Shown: positions 14,622 through 28,871, counted from the stretch's first letter. The stretch: 64,000 bases of DNA from Octopus vulgaris (GCA_951406725.2 OX597828.1:76012001-76076000), one strand, 5' to 3'. Made by a program: numbers and translations. The notes: generated by a model not told the origin, from the letters alone.

Positions 14622-14626
<5 letters not shown>
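14147..14626 (-). mobile_element. Penelope-type non-autonomous fold-back element in (TA)n with perfect 64-bp inverted repeat
   Basis: 14253-14316 is the reverse complement of 14563-14626; an HHR lies between the arms. Confidence 0.8.
14357..14436 (-). ncRNA. Type I hammerhead ribozyme
   Basis: Stem I gcgactcg/cgagttgt; CUGAUGA; stem II with tagcaaa/tttgcta hairpin; GAAAC-cgcg-GUA. Confidence 0.8.
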
Positions 14627-14666
<40 letters not shown>

Positions 14667-15106
14667 ACGTTTATTCTATCTGTGACGTTGCTATTTCTTA
14701 AGGCTATGATGACAGATTAGAAAGAATTCACGGAAAGAAGCCTCACGAGTTGACCCTGGTCAGATATCCGTAACAGCCGAAACCACTTCGGCCGAATCCA
14801 TCTTTGCTTTCTTTCTTTGTCTCTGGTGAAAATTTAGTGAAAATATTCCTTAACATTTCACCAGCAAACAGCAACGCGATGGAAGATTCGCAGACGCAAA
14901 ATGTTCAGTGACAGAATTGAAGTTTGACATACATTCAATCTGTTAACGTAAATCTCTGTGCACATGCACGTACACGCAAGCACACACACACACATTCATA
15001 TTCACACACACATATACACACATCTATACACAAATGTATATGTATACATACATATGGAAACTTACATGTGCATATATATTTACATACACACACACACAGA
15101 GAAACA

Positions 15107-15150
<44 letters not shown>

Positions 15151-15161
15151 TTCTTTTGTTC

Positions 15162-15402
15162 TTTTATTTGATTCAGCCATTTGACTGCGGCCATGCTGGA
15201 GTACCGTCTTTAGTCGAACAAATCGAGCCTAGTGCTTATTCTTTGTAAGCCTAGTACTTATTCCACTGATTCTTTTCTGCCGAACCGCTACGTCACGGGG
15301 ACGTAAACACACCAGCATCGCTTGTCAAGTGATAGGGGGAGTGAAAGAGAGACACACGAATACATACTTACATACAACATACATACATACATGCATACGT
15401 AC

Positions 15403-15435
<33 letters not shown>

Positions 15436-15575
15436 CATACATATATATATATATATACATACATACATACGACCGTCTACTTTCAGTTTCCGTCTACCAA
15501 ACCCACTCACTTGCCCAAGGTGCCACGGTGGAAGACTGAACTTGGAGCCATGTGGCTTGGAAGCTAGCTTCTTAT
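15162..15575 (-). mobile_element. SINE family 2
   Basis: Similar to 4383-4832. Confidence 0.8.
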
Positions 15576-16096
15576 ACACACATTCACACACACGCACACA
15601 CACACATACACATACACATACACACACACATATACATATATGTATATATATATATATATATTGATTCGTATTGCTGCCACTAAGACGTACGCAAACAACT
15701 CGGAGGATCGTGCAGACAGGGACATAGCGAGACGTGAAACTGTTGTTCAGAACTAAAGAGTGAAGTCCGCAGGAGTTATTCACCGTAAAACTACGAAATT
15801 ATGTTCTCTCGCTTCTATATTCAGTTTTCTTTTCTCTGTATAGTTGTTCTACTTTAGATACATCGATTACTTTCATGGATATATATGTATATGAGGTATG
15901 ATTATACATGTATGCGCGTACACGCGCTCAGAAAGACACGCCCACATACACACACACAGATATTTGTATATGTATCATATACAGACGTATGCATCTATGT
16001 TCATATATTTATGTAGGTGCATATATGCGTGTATAAGTGTGTCTGCATTTGTGTATAGAAGGTATGTGTCCACGTATGTTCGTATGTGTGAGTGTG

Positions 16097-16161
<65 letters not shown>

Positions 16162-16439
16162 AGATATGTATATATGTGTGTGTATGATATGTATATGAAA
16201 TACATATAGAGAGAGATGAGAGTGATTGAGAGAAATGAAGATTCTCTATGCAAACATACGTGTATGCGTATAGTATCCGCACGTGCATACACAGACTTAC
16301 GTGTAGATTTATATGTATGTGTGTATATATGTATGTATATATATATGTACATGTATATATATATGTATATATATATACACACACACATATATACCTATAT
16401 ATATACATATGTGTATGTATGTATGTATATATATATATG

Positions 16440-16500
<61 letters not shown>

Positions 16501-17240
16501 TATATGTACCAGTGTGTTCATACATGCACACATTCACGCGAACACAAATACACACTCTCACTCACACACTCACACACACACACATATATATACATACATA
16601 CATATATATATGTATATAAAGAATTGTCTACGTGTATATGTCTACATAAATAGCGCTGTTATTGTCATTGTGATGGTGAATAACATTATTAATATTAATT
16701 GATAAAGCGAACCTTGATATCTCGTTTCTCTTTGAAAGAGAGCTTCCAACCGATCTAGACCCGTCTAAACCGCAATAGAGTCTTGAAAGACAACCTGAGA
16801 TTCAAAGCCAAGAAGATTACGTTCACTCGTCTAATGCCAGACGCTATTCTAAACCTGAATCTATTGAAGAATAGAAAATGGAAAAAGAAATATAAAGAGA
16901 GAAAGAAATAGAGAAAGAGAAAAAAAAAGCGAAAGAAAGACATTTACAGCGGCACCACACAAGATGGTGATGGTTTTTCTATTAACAGGAATTATTTCAT
17001 AGAATAATATACTAAATCTTAGGCTAAAAGACACCTGATGTCCTGCTCTTAATTTTACATATATTCTTATTCCATATTGTTGTTTGGTAGCTCAAGTAAA
17101 CGAAGAAAGAATAACAAAAGAAAAACAAACGTTAATAGACACAAGAAAAAAAATAATAAATAGAAATGCGAAATGATGGCGTTTGTGGTCGGTGTTGTTG
17201 CTGTTGTTGTTGTTGTACACATTGTCTTCTCGACGTCCTT

Positions 17241-17388
17241 TTACAATTGCTGATGGCGTTTATTTGTTGTAGTTGTTGTTCTTCTTGCACTTGTTGCGGT
17301 CGCTGGTTCGTTGTCAGTGAGGCTGTTGTTGGTGTTGCTGTTGAAGGTGTTCTTATCATCTCCGTTCTTCTTGCGAACTGTAAATGAA
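17241..17388 (-). CDS. Candidate terminal exon of an unidentified host gene
   Basis: Acceptor-like tttacctattcttttcAG, then open frame [18 protein letters not shown]…KRHQQL*; an alternative Q-rich frame is also open; no recognised homology. Confidence 0.25.
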
Positions 17389-17502
17389 CTGAAAAGAATA
17401 GGTAAACAGACAATTGTGCCCATGCACGAGCATGTATATGTTCGTGCACACACACACACAAACACACGCACACACACATTCACACACACATGTATAGATA
17501 TA

Positions 17503-17586
<84 letters not shown>

Positions 17587-17610
17587 GAATATATATGAGT
17601 ATATATATGA

Positions 17611-17670
<60 letters not shown>

Positions 17671-17674
17671 GAAA

Positions 17675-17870
17675 ACAAGTAAAAAATAGAAAATGCTATA
17701 TATATATATATTTCATACCGGTTTCGGTCATTTTGAGACCTTTTCAACTGTATAACACCAAACTATATTATTCAAAACTTTCCGACTATTGGAGGAAACA
17801 TATATAAATAAATGATATCGATTCATGTGTGCACCTACGTATGGGCGTAGACATATACACATTTACATGC

Positions 17871-17935
<65 letters not shown>

Positions 17936-18301
17936 TATACATGTAAATATGTATGTCTCTCTCTCTCTCTCGAACACACAAGTAAACAAGGGAGTCGAGA
18001 AAGGCAGAATGCCACTTAAATCTGAACACTACTATAGAAATATTCTTTTAAAAAACTTTTCTTCTAATTTTTCTAAATTTAATTATTTAATCGTTACAGT
18101 TGAAAAGGTCTCAAAATGACCGAAACCGGTACTGAAATGTTCACTATAAAATTATTTTAGCATTTTCTATTTTTTACTTGTGTGTATGAGATACATGCGT
18201 GAGTGTAAGTATGCCTGTGTGGATATGTCTACGTTCATTTAGCTGTGCATATAGGCATTAAACCCATACCACTCACAGTCTTATAAATCTATATATATAT
18301 A

Positions 18302-18351
<50 letters not shown>

Positions 18352-18359
18352 TACATATC

Positions 18360-18390
<31 letters not shown>

Positions 18391-18455
18391 AGAGAGAGAG
18401 AGAGAGAGACATACATATTTACATGTATATGAATATCATATATATATACATTTGT

Positions 18456-18522
<67 letters not shown>

Positions 18523-18645
18523 TGTAAATGTGTATATGTCTACGCCCATACGTAGGTGCACACAGCTGAATCGATAGTCATTTATTTAGTAATATGTTTC
18601 CTCCAATAGTCGGAAAGTTTTGAATAATGAGTTTAGTTTGGTGTT
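17675..18645. repeat. Compound inverted duplication around an HHR-like element
   Basis: 17675-17752 is approximately the reverse complement of 18095-18181; 17754-17970 is approximately the reverse complement of 18391-18645. Confidence 0.85.
18097..18134 (+). ncRNA. Hammerhead-like motif with variant core UUGAAAA
   Basis: Stem I cag/ctg, stem II ggtc/gacc, GAAAC-cg-GUA; core deviates from CUGANGA at two positions. Confidence 0.5.
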
Positions 18646-18958
18646 GCGAGAAGTCAAAGTTATCTGTGGCATGTTACATGAAACTCGCGTTTCAACATAT
18701 TTCGTTGAAAACAACATATTATCCGTTGCGATGTCATAACACATCACTGTAACTCTTCATTTCAGTCAAGAAAGATATTTCCACTTCGAAAAAGAGAATT
18801 TCATGGATGATTATGTAGTTAGAAAAATGCATATATATGTATTATATTTTATATATTTTGTAAATTATATTAATTATTTTTATTTTTATGTTTTGGTTTA
18901 TGTTTTTCAATGTTTGAATTGCCTAATAGTGGTTTTATCTCTAAATTAATTTATATAA

Positions 18959-19088
<130 letters not shown>

Positions 19089-19176
19089 AATCATGTGTAT
19101 TGACCTGTTGAAATATGCAGACACATGCTTTATGTGCCCATATACATACGTACATACATACACACAAACACACACC

Positions 19177-19220
<44 letters not shown>

Positions 19221-19301
19221 AAAGAATACAATAAATGGGACAAGAACGCAAAACATCCAGACAGATGATGCAAGAACGGGAAGGAAAAAAGTAAGGACGG
19301 G

Positions 19302-19345
<44 letters not shown>

Positions 19346-20058
19346 TTATGTATGCCTACACGCATACATAGATGCGCACACATCGCGTAAACATATTCGC
19401 ATATACATATACACAGGATTAACAGATTAACCGCCTTTAACCATTGTGAAATTGTTAAGTACCAATGTCTCCATTTTTACGTCATATAAAAAGGGGCGCC
19501 ACACAGCCATAATTGCGCCTATCACCCACATACACACTATGGTTCATTGTTTCATCATTGATTTGTCGTTTCTTATATGGCTTCAACTATTTTCTCTGTC
19601 TCCTGTCGCCATCTTGTCACTTTTAATTTCGTCTTTTTTTTTTCTAACGTGTTTAAACTTTCTTATCCTCAGTCGCTTTTTATTTCCTGTTTTATTTTTA
19701 ACACCTTTTTTCATTAACTGTCTCGCAAGCGCTCTACCATTTACGTTTTTGTATGGTTATATATATATATATATATATATAAAACATACATAAACATGCA
19801 ATATATAAATATATATATATATATGTAAATATGATATATGTATATATAAAATGTATTTATATAATATGATATTATAAGTATATATATGTATATATATGCA
19901 TATATATATAAGTATATATATGTATATATATATATATATAAATAAATAAAAACTTACTTGGAGAAGAGAAACAACGCGTGCGTTCGGTCATTAATAAGAA
20001 TATCATAAATAAATAAAATATATGCATATATACATACATAGATGTACATACTTACATC

Positions 20059-20122
<64 letters not shown>

Positions 20123-20244
20123 TACAGGACACCACAAATAAACGTAGAACACAACGAGAAACGAAAACATAAAATCAAACAAGGAAACGGACTTTTTTTA
20201 ACAACGAAAAATCAGAGTACAGGACAAACAATTCAAGGAAAATT

Positions 20245-20306
20245 CCCCTTCATCAGCTGCCCCTGGTTTGACTCAATGCGTGTTTCGAAGGTAAGGGCAG
20301 AACACA
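20245..20306 (-). ncRNA. Non-circularly permuted hammerhead ribozyme candidate
   Basis: Minus strand tgt-GUU | ctgccctt ac cttc GAAACACG…aggggcag CUGAUGA a gggg: stem III tgtgt/acacg, stem I ctgccctt/aggggcag, stem II cttc/gggg. Confidence 0.7.
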
Positions 20307-20492
20307 GCCATATATATATATATATATATATATATGCATGTATATATACATATAGATGTAAGTACGTACATATATGTATGTATATATGCATATATTTTAT
20401 GTATATATATATAGTTATATATACAAAATATGTGTCAATATATGTATATATATTATAACCTATTATATATAATTATGTATATCATATCGTAT

Positions 20493-20541
<49 letters not shown>

Positions 20542-21455
20542 TATATATGCATTTATACATAAGACATGATATACAGAAATATATCTATATATTGGTTTAT
20601 ATATATCTATACGTATGTATGTTCGGGTATTTTGACGAATACTTGCCTTTCTACATATCGCGCACACATGTATTATCTTATATAGTTATATACCTGCTGT
20701 GTGTTTGTGTGCGTCGGTCACGCGTCCGTTCTGTTCGATGAGTCTATTCTCTCTCTTCTAACACCGTTGTTCCCTCTCTCTCTCTGTAAAACTAGATTCA
20801 GATGAAAGTCTCCCGTGTCATTGGCCTCTCATTGTCAAAGACATATATTTTTCTCTCGGGCCCTGCGAATAGGTGCGTATTTGCATTTGTCTCTCAAAGT
20901 ACATAACGAGTCCGGGAGAAGTGTTTGTACGTGTGGGAGCGTGCTTGCGCCTGTGTCTGAGTGGATGAATATATTTGCATATTTTTCTGTATGTATTTGT
21001 TTTCAGTAGTCATTTTGCATCTTTGATTGCTTTCTCTGCTACGGTGAACGACCTTTCTATGACTAACGGTGAGGATGTGTATCTATCTATAGAAATAGCC
21101 ACAGTGCGTAGATACGTTTACATGTCTGCTTGGAGGTAAGTGTGGGTTCACCCGGGATTTTATTAGCTGGCCATTTTATTAGTTAATTGCACAATAAATT
21201 CTTATTAAGTCATCCGTGTAGAAACCAAACACAGGTAACTGACAGCTACTATTTAGTCGCATAAACCTGCTAGAAATATCAACTAAATTCCTTTTAATCA
21301 CTGTATGTTAAACATTTTGTTGGTTAATATAGAGTTTGACGCTTGGTAATTGAATAGAAAAAATACTAGACGGCGTTTGTTTCGGAGAAGTTTATGTCTG
21401 AGCTAACAAAAGCAGACACAACAAACACCAGACGGAGATGCAGAGTGACAGATAC

Positions 21456-21514
<59 letters not shown>

Positions 21515-22661
21515 GAGAGAGAGAGAGAGAGAGAGGAAATCTGAAATCAAATATGGGAAGAACTACAGTTTTTTCAAGAGAATCGTTTACATATTTTCTG
21601 CTTTCATCTATCTTCTACTTAAATGCATTACACAGAGATACACATATAGACACACGCGCATGCGCGCACAGACACATACATAACGAGAATGGGAATTCAA
21701 AGAATCAAAGAGAGTTCACAGTAAGCTCTCCGCCGGATGTCCGGCTATTAAGGAAGACTGTGTTTGAGATAAGTGTGTGTGTGTGTGATTAACAGCACCG
21801 TCATTCCGATAATCCAAGAATCGTGTATAATAATTAACCAAAGTAAGATAAAGAAAAGAGAAAAGAGAAGAAATATTTATTCCCTTTGTTGACAGGTGTT
21901 TCATAACCTGTATCTAAAGGGACCAGCGCTCGTAGAAATGATATACGTATTGAATCACATACATAAATATATGTGATTCAATGCCCCGGTGGTTAACGTA
22001 GCGGACTCGCGGTCGTAGGATCGTAGTTTCAATTCCCAGAACGGGCGTTCTGAGTGTTTATTGAGCGAAAATACCTAAATTGAGTTCTTTCTCTCATTCT
22101 TTCTGTCACTCTCTCCCATCACTATGTCTAAATCTATCTATCTATCTATGCACCTGAATCCCCTTCTTTCTCTGTATATATCTATCTATGCATTTCTCTC
22201 TATCTATCCATCTATCTACCTATCTATCGATCTATCTAGCTACCTCTCCTCCTGCAACTGACCTTACTTCCTACAGCCTCACTCAGTCACAATGTTTGCT
22301 TTCCTTATGTAGTCCTCTGGCCCCTTCCAACTTTTATTCCCCCATCTCTCTCTCATTCCCGCTCTTCCTAGCCTCCCCTCTCCCCTCCTATATATAACCC
22401 ACATATTTTAAAATTCAAATATCCCTTCCTGCCAGAATTACTCTACTCCGTCTGTCAACGTCTCAACAACCTCTCTTAGACTTATGTACACGTGCACACT
22501 CTCCATTTCTCTTTCTCTCACTCTCTCACACACACATCTATGTATGTAAGTGTATATATGTCTATGTATATACATGCATGTATTCTCAATATAAGATGTT
22601 ATTCAAGCTACAGCGTTCCTTCGGATCTTAAGAATGTTTCCCTCGTAATCCAGCAGGATTT

Positions 22662-22717
22662 CGTTCCACCGTTCCACCGTTCCACCGTTCCACCGTTCCA
22701 CCGTTCCACCGTTCCAC
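22662..22717. repeat. (CGTTCCAC)7 perfect octamer repeat
   Basis: Directly visible. Confidence 0.95.
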
Positions 22718-23160
22718 TGAATATTCTTTCCCTCCAGCCACAGCAGATTCAGAAGAAAAACATCAAGAGTCATGTGAATTATCACGAGTTGTTGAGGAAT
22801 TCGTGAAGCCACTGAAGTTCGGTCCATAAACATTAGACAACTTTTCTTTAATAACGTAAAATTATTTCTCCTTCTCTTTCTCTCTCTCTCTCTCTCTCTG
22901 TTTGTGCCTGTATTTCGCTCTGTGTCGTTGTCTCTCTCTCTCACCGCAAACACACACACACTCATATACATGTGTATATTTTGGCATGTAAGTATGCATA
23001 AATATTTATGTATACTCGCGTACATACCTATCTGTGTATATAACAGCACTGACGTACACGTGCACATACATACACACAGGCATAGACACACATACACACA
23101 TCACGTATTTACATATACACACACGCACACGTATATCTAAGTATTTAAAGTATCTATCAA

Positions 23161-23197
<37 letters not shown>

Positions 23198-23877
23198 ATA
23201 TATATATAAATTACTGATGATTAGGTTTCATACTGTTTACTGTGAGTTAAAATTAGAGATTTTTGCGGTCGTCGCTTTTATACAGGAATTAGGTTTATGA
23301 GATTCGTTAGAAGCCGTGAACGCCTGTCACGTTTCTACAATCTGAGTGTTGACGGTTAAGAGGCAGCCTCTGAAGTGTAGTCTGATATATCTAATACCGT
23401 ATTCTGTATCTAATAAATATATTTATATTAACAATGCACTGACATCTAAAAACGCTTGGATTTATCTTGTAATAATATATGAGAGAGATGCATGTATGTG
23501 CGCGCGTGTGAGTGTGCGCGTGTATTATTCCCTCGTGGATAATCTATAAAATGGCTATAACCATTTTTCATAATAATTCGTGAGGTTAGCAATTTGAATT
23601 CGAAATTAAATAATAAAGATAAAAGCACGACAAATACAGATTATTTATTAGAATGGGTTTCTTTGTTATACTAAATTTCTTACAATCTCTAGTCAGAGGT
23701 AATCATACATATCTCTATTTCATTCTTTTTAGAAATCATCAGAATGACAAGCCCTGAGGTATTTTAATTAATTTAGGAAGTATGATATTTCTTATAGGGA
23801 GATAAATTAATTAGTCTGCAAAATACCATTCAGCGTATTATTTCCTATGCCTTTTCTACATTAAAGCGTCAGTACTT

Positions 23878-24356
23878 TACAAAGATGGGCTGGAAAGTTA
23901 TTTGGCAGACTAAGAATGAGTGAATGCTAGAGCTGTAAAATCTTGCATGCATTAGTTTCATTTCCTTTTTGTAATAACTGTTTGGTTTATTTTCATGTAT
24001 ACTGACATTTCATTGTTCAAAGAAGATTTCAAAATTAAGCAGTAGCAATTTTTCTTGAAAATGGACAAAATTTTGTATTGTGGTGTTAGCGGGTACTTAG
24101 GCCCTTAAAACGTTCCTACTGACATGGTTACTACATCATGAGATGAGGCTCCAGTTTTATCAACACTCCATATCTGGTGTTGGTCACTTTTTTGACCAAC
24201 AGAATGAAAGCTTCTTCACCAATGTCATCCATCCACCACAACATAGATGAAAGAAGTGTGTGGGCCGCAAGGGGAAGTATGTTAAAAAAATAAACCATAT
24301 TCAGTCATACATGAGAGTATTTGGACAGCTTATCAAATTTACAGCCGACCTTCATA
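23878..24356 (+). mobile_element. Internally deleted mariner element
   Basis: Degenerate inverted termini bounded by TA; transposase N-terminus (MDKI…DMVTT..DEAPVLST) and C-terminus (FDQQNESFFTN…KKCVGRKGKYVKK). Confidence 0.7.
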
Positions 24357-24454
24357 GTAATAGACAAAGAAAAGCAAGAGAAATGTTTTAGTGTCTGCAG
24401 AGAATGTAACTATTTTTGGGACATTTTTCATTCATATAACCAATATTTTAGTTT

Positions 24455-24645
24455 AAATACAGAAAATAAAAACACAAGGCAATATATACAGACAAAAGTC
24501 ACAGGAAGTTAAATGCAGACAAAATTCAAAGGACGTTAAATACGGAAAAAATTCCGAAGGCGATAAATACAGGCAAAATTCACAGGATATTAAATACAGA
24601 TAAAATCCACAAGGCGATAAATACAAAGTCCACAAGGTGATAAGT
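24455..24645. repeat. Degenerate 27-bp minisatellite (aaatacagacaaaattcacaggcgatt-like), about 7 units
   Basis: Regularly spaced aaatac…aagg/cagg units. Confidence 0.8.
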
Positions 24646-25413
24646 AATGGCACCTGGGAACAAATATGACTATAAAACATTCACCATGTTTTGTAAAATT
24701 GTTTCCGGGCCAAGCTACTCTAGATACACACTCGAGTCTTTCGGCATTTGATCCAGTGGCTGATCCAGAAAATGATATTTGGAATTGGGAGATGAGGGAC
24801 TGGACCAGCACTCAGCTGACAATTATAGTTGAGAAGACTGGTACTACATGAAATAATTCATCCTCCACAATGACGTAATGCACGCTTAGTCCTGGAATTG
24901 AACTGACATCAACATGATCATTAGCCGAATACCCTACCTACTATGCCAAGCGCCCTCACACAAACCTAAACACAAAAACTATTAAGGCGGGAGTCTATAT
25001 ATGCATGCCACGGTGAGCGCGTGTTACTGTTAGATGTGTTGTCCTTCATACACGAAATACAGCAACGACTAGACTGTGTGATTAAGGTTGACTGCGACTA
25101 AAGACTAACGATAAATATTTCCAACCGAAGGGGAAAGCCCATGATTCGATCACTCACATCCGTTCCGCTGATATTTATTCCATTGTATTTAGTTACTTCG
25201 CTATTTGATCCCTAAATCTCATTGCAAAATATTATTTCAATAATAAAGACCATGTCACTGAAAACGCTATTTTTCAGTTCGTGTGCAAATGACGATGTAT
25301 ATATATATATATATATATATTTACATCATCAATTGCACACGAACTAACCAATAGCGTTATCTATATAAACGTACACAGTGACATAGACTACTACAACTAT
25401 TACTACAAATCAT

Positions 25414-25513
<100 letters not shown>

Positions 25514-25969
25514 GGAATGATAATAGTAATGGTGATGGTAATAATATTAACAACGATAGTAATAATACAACAGTGCAGTTAGAGAAACCACCGTTGTGAG
25601 CAAATTGAATCATATTGAACAGCATCAGGCCATTATCAAATTAATAAGCGGCGACTAATTAGTATCAAATGAAATATTTGTTTCACATCTTTCATAGATT
25701 GTCTGGTGGAGGTCATTTTGATTTTTAATACAATTTCCTCTCTGTCTACACATAACATAAACAATTTATATGTGTGTGTGTGTGTCTGTCTGCTAGAGCA
25801 CATACGCACGCTTCTGGGTATGCATATCATATGTACATAATTTACTTACAACTATGTAATGTTTGTATAGAGACCAAGACACTATGTACGTGCACAGGTA
25901 TATGCATGTGTATTTGTACGTATGCGTGTGAGTTAGGCAACATACATAGGCACACACACGCGTACATAT

Positions 25970-26010
<41 letters not shown>

Positions 26011-26202
26011 TACACAGATACACATATACAGAAATATAGAAAAGTTGCTTTCACACATTAATATGATTATATAATATATATATTTATTAAATTTGTATAT
26101 ATATGTGTGTGTGTTTGTATGTATATATGTATATACACATTCATATCTTTCTCTATATATATATATCAATATATACACACAGGTATCTTTATATATATAT
26201 AT

Positions 26203-26589
26203 AACCTCAAAACCGAATTGGTTAATGGTTTCAAAGGTCTGGGCGTGCATTGTCATGCAACAACAAAACTTCCTTTGACAATAGACTTCGGCTTTTTTGT
26301 GCGAATCCCTGGCCTTAGTTTGTTGGTCAGCAAAACACTGTATCTTGTACTGTTGATCGTACACCCCTTTCCAGAGGAATCGGATCACTGCTCTCCGTTC
26401 TTCTTTGGTGCACATTGTTATTGGAGCGGCCATGCTTACACTGTAAAGCCAGAAAGAAAAATGGTGCGGTCAGGTTCAAACTTTGATCACGTAACCACAA
26501 TAGTATCAACTAAAAGCACGCATGTGCAGAAAGCAGTGTGACAATAATATAGATATGTTATGGCGGATAATTTTTGATTTGCCCTCGTA
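26203..26589 (-). mobile_element. Mariner remnant (5' terminal repeat, N-terminus, HDNA region)
   Basis: TA-cgagggcaaatcaaaaattatcc terminus; MAAPITMCTKEERRAVIRFLW; shifted-frame LLHDNA and ETINQFGFEV. Confidence 0.8.
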
Positions 26590-27632
26590 TGTATAATTTC
26601 GTTTCGAGTGTCAGTATCGATATGTATTTTTTTAATTCGTTTATTCTTTTATATGTTTCAACCCAAACAGATATACTTATATGTATATATTATATTGGGG
26701 TAGGCCGGTTTACGGGGTTATCCTGGGTTCCTCGCTCATAAGGGGATTAACGTTACGGCGTATTTTCAGACCCCGATCACTGCTTCCCTGAGAAATCTTT
26801 AAAATATGGAGGGGGATAAGCCTCGTTTGTAAGGGTAAAACTTTAGGCAATTGTCTTGCTTTGCCATTGTCCATCGATCTTCGGCCGCGCAGCCAAAAAT
26901 TACCCGCAATAACATATCTTTGTATATATATATATATACATGGACATATGGGCATGTAAATATATATTGGCTCTATTAAATACCAGTGTCAGGTGTGAGG
27001 TGAAATATCCTCAACTGTTATTTAATTTATCTATTCCGAGAGGACGACAGTTGCATACTTAACCTGAGTGGAATTCGAAACCATTTTGTCCGACGTTCTT
27101 ACAATTGTGCTAACTTACCATCTTTATAATCGCATTAATAATATCAGCGAAATTCTTATTAGAAGAAAGTTATTTGGAAAAGAATAAGCCGGAAGTTGTT
27201 TTCTAATGCAACAAAACATGATTGCGGGTAAACAGCAATGAAACACCGCTTCTAATGATTAATCAACACACACGCACAAATACGCCCCCACCCCAGAAAC
27301 CAATACCTACACATACACATATGGGCACACATATGCACACACACAGAGACAAAAAGCACAGACACGTCCGCACATACGATCACACGCACACGTATACACT
27401 CACATTTGAAACATTTCCACATGTTCCCAGCATTACTTATACAGATAAAGATGCGGTCGAGCTTTGTACTACCATATTTTGCCAACACAAACACACACAT
27501 ACACACATACGCAGACACACACACATATATATATATATATATATCATACACACATATATACGTATATACATGCATATATAGATATACACATGCATATATA
27601 TATATATACACACACACATATATATAAATATC

Positions 27633-27696
<64 letters not shown>

Positions 27697-27747
27697 TATT
27701 TACATTTGACGGATAATGTACATAATTCCTCATCTCTTGATTATAGA

Positions 27748-27831
<84 letters not shown>

Positions 27832-28348
27832 GAGTGTATATATATATATCTGCATATATATATGTTTGTGTGTATATATATACCTGTATATTATATATAT
27901 ATGTATATATATATATATACATATATATGCACGTATGTGTGTATGCATGTATGTATGTATAATCCCATTTGTGCTGACTGAAAAACAAATCTCAATAATC
28001 TGGAGGTAGAATCTCCATCAAGTTTGCAACAAACACTGATCGTCATCAGTTTTATGAACTTTATCCATTTTTATAAACAGCTTTCCAAATATTGTGTTAT
28101 TTTCCCTCAAAACCTTTTAAAATGTATTATATACGGAGAAAATATATTAAGAGAAGGATTTTCATGAATCTTTACAGAAATCTTTATCGCATTTCGGAAC
28201 ACACACCAAACGTTTTATTTGTGTATTCTTTGAGATTCTTCATGAGCACATAGTATTTGAAAGAAACACAATATAAGCAATAATAGGGAGGGAAATGATT
28301 ACATGTATAAATACACACACACACACACACGGACACACACACACACAG

Positions 28349-28381
<33 letters not shown>

Positions 28382-28399
28382 CACACAAACACATATATA

Positions 28400-28611
28400 T
28401 AGTCGGAGTTTACAAAAAACAAAAGACAATACAGGTGTGTAAACAACAAACAGATGTATTAGTTTAACGCTCGGGAAGGTGATAAAGTTTCAAACGTTTC
28501 GAGCCTACGCTCTTCAACAGAAAGGAAGCCGAGAAAATAAACTGAGAGAGAATAAGAAAAAGAAAGCTTTAGTAGCGAACGTTCAATCATGGCGATGGCC
28601 AGACAGAAATG

Positions 28612-28615
<4 letters not shown>
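28400..28615 (-). mobile_element. TA-associated repeat with degenerate mini-hammerhead
   Basis: Minus strand ctgttga-a-gagc-gtag-gctc-GAAAC-GUU; stem I poor. Confidence 0.5.
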
Positions 28616-28687
<72 letters not shown>

Positions 28688-28821
28688 GTATATATATAAA
28701 TATATATATATATTAAGTATTCTTTAAGTATTAGAAATAGCTAAAGAAATTTCTTTAGCTGCTATTTCTAATGAGTTCAGTATGTGGCAAAGTAATTTAT
28801 TTTACTAAGCCCTTATATATA

Positions 28822-28869
<48 letters not shown>

Positions 28870-28871
<2 letters not shown>

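Noticed and set aside
24455-24645. Regularly spaced repeats as a CRISPR array
   Set aside because: Contiguous degenerate units without unique spacers, no cas genes, eukaryotic context.
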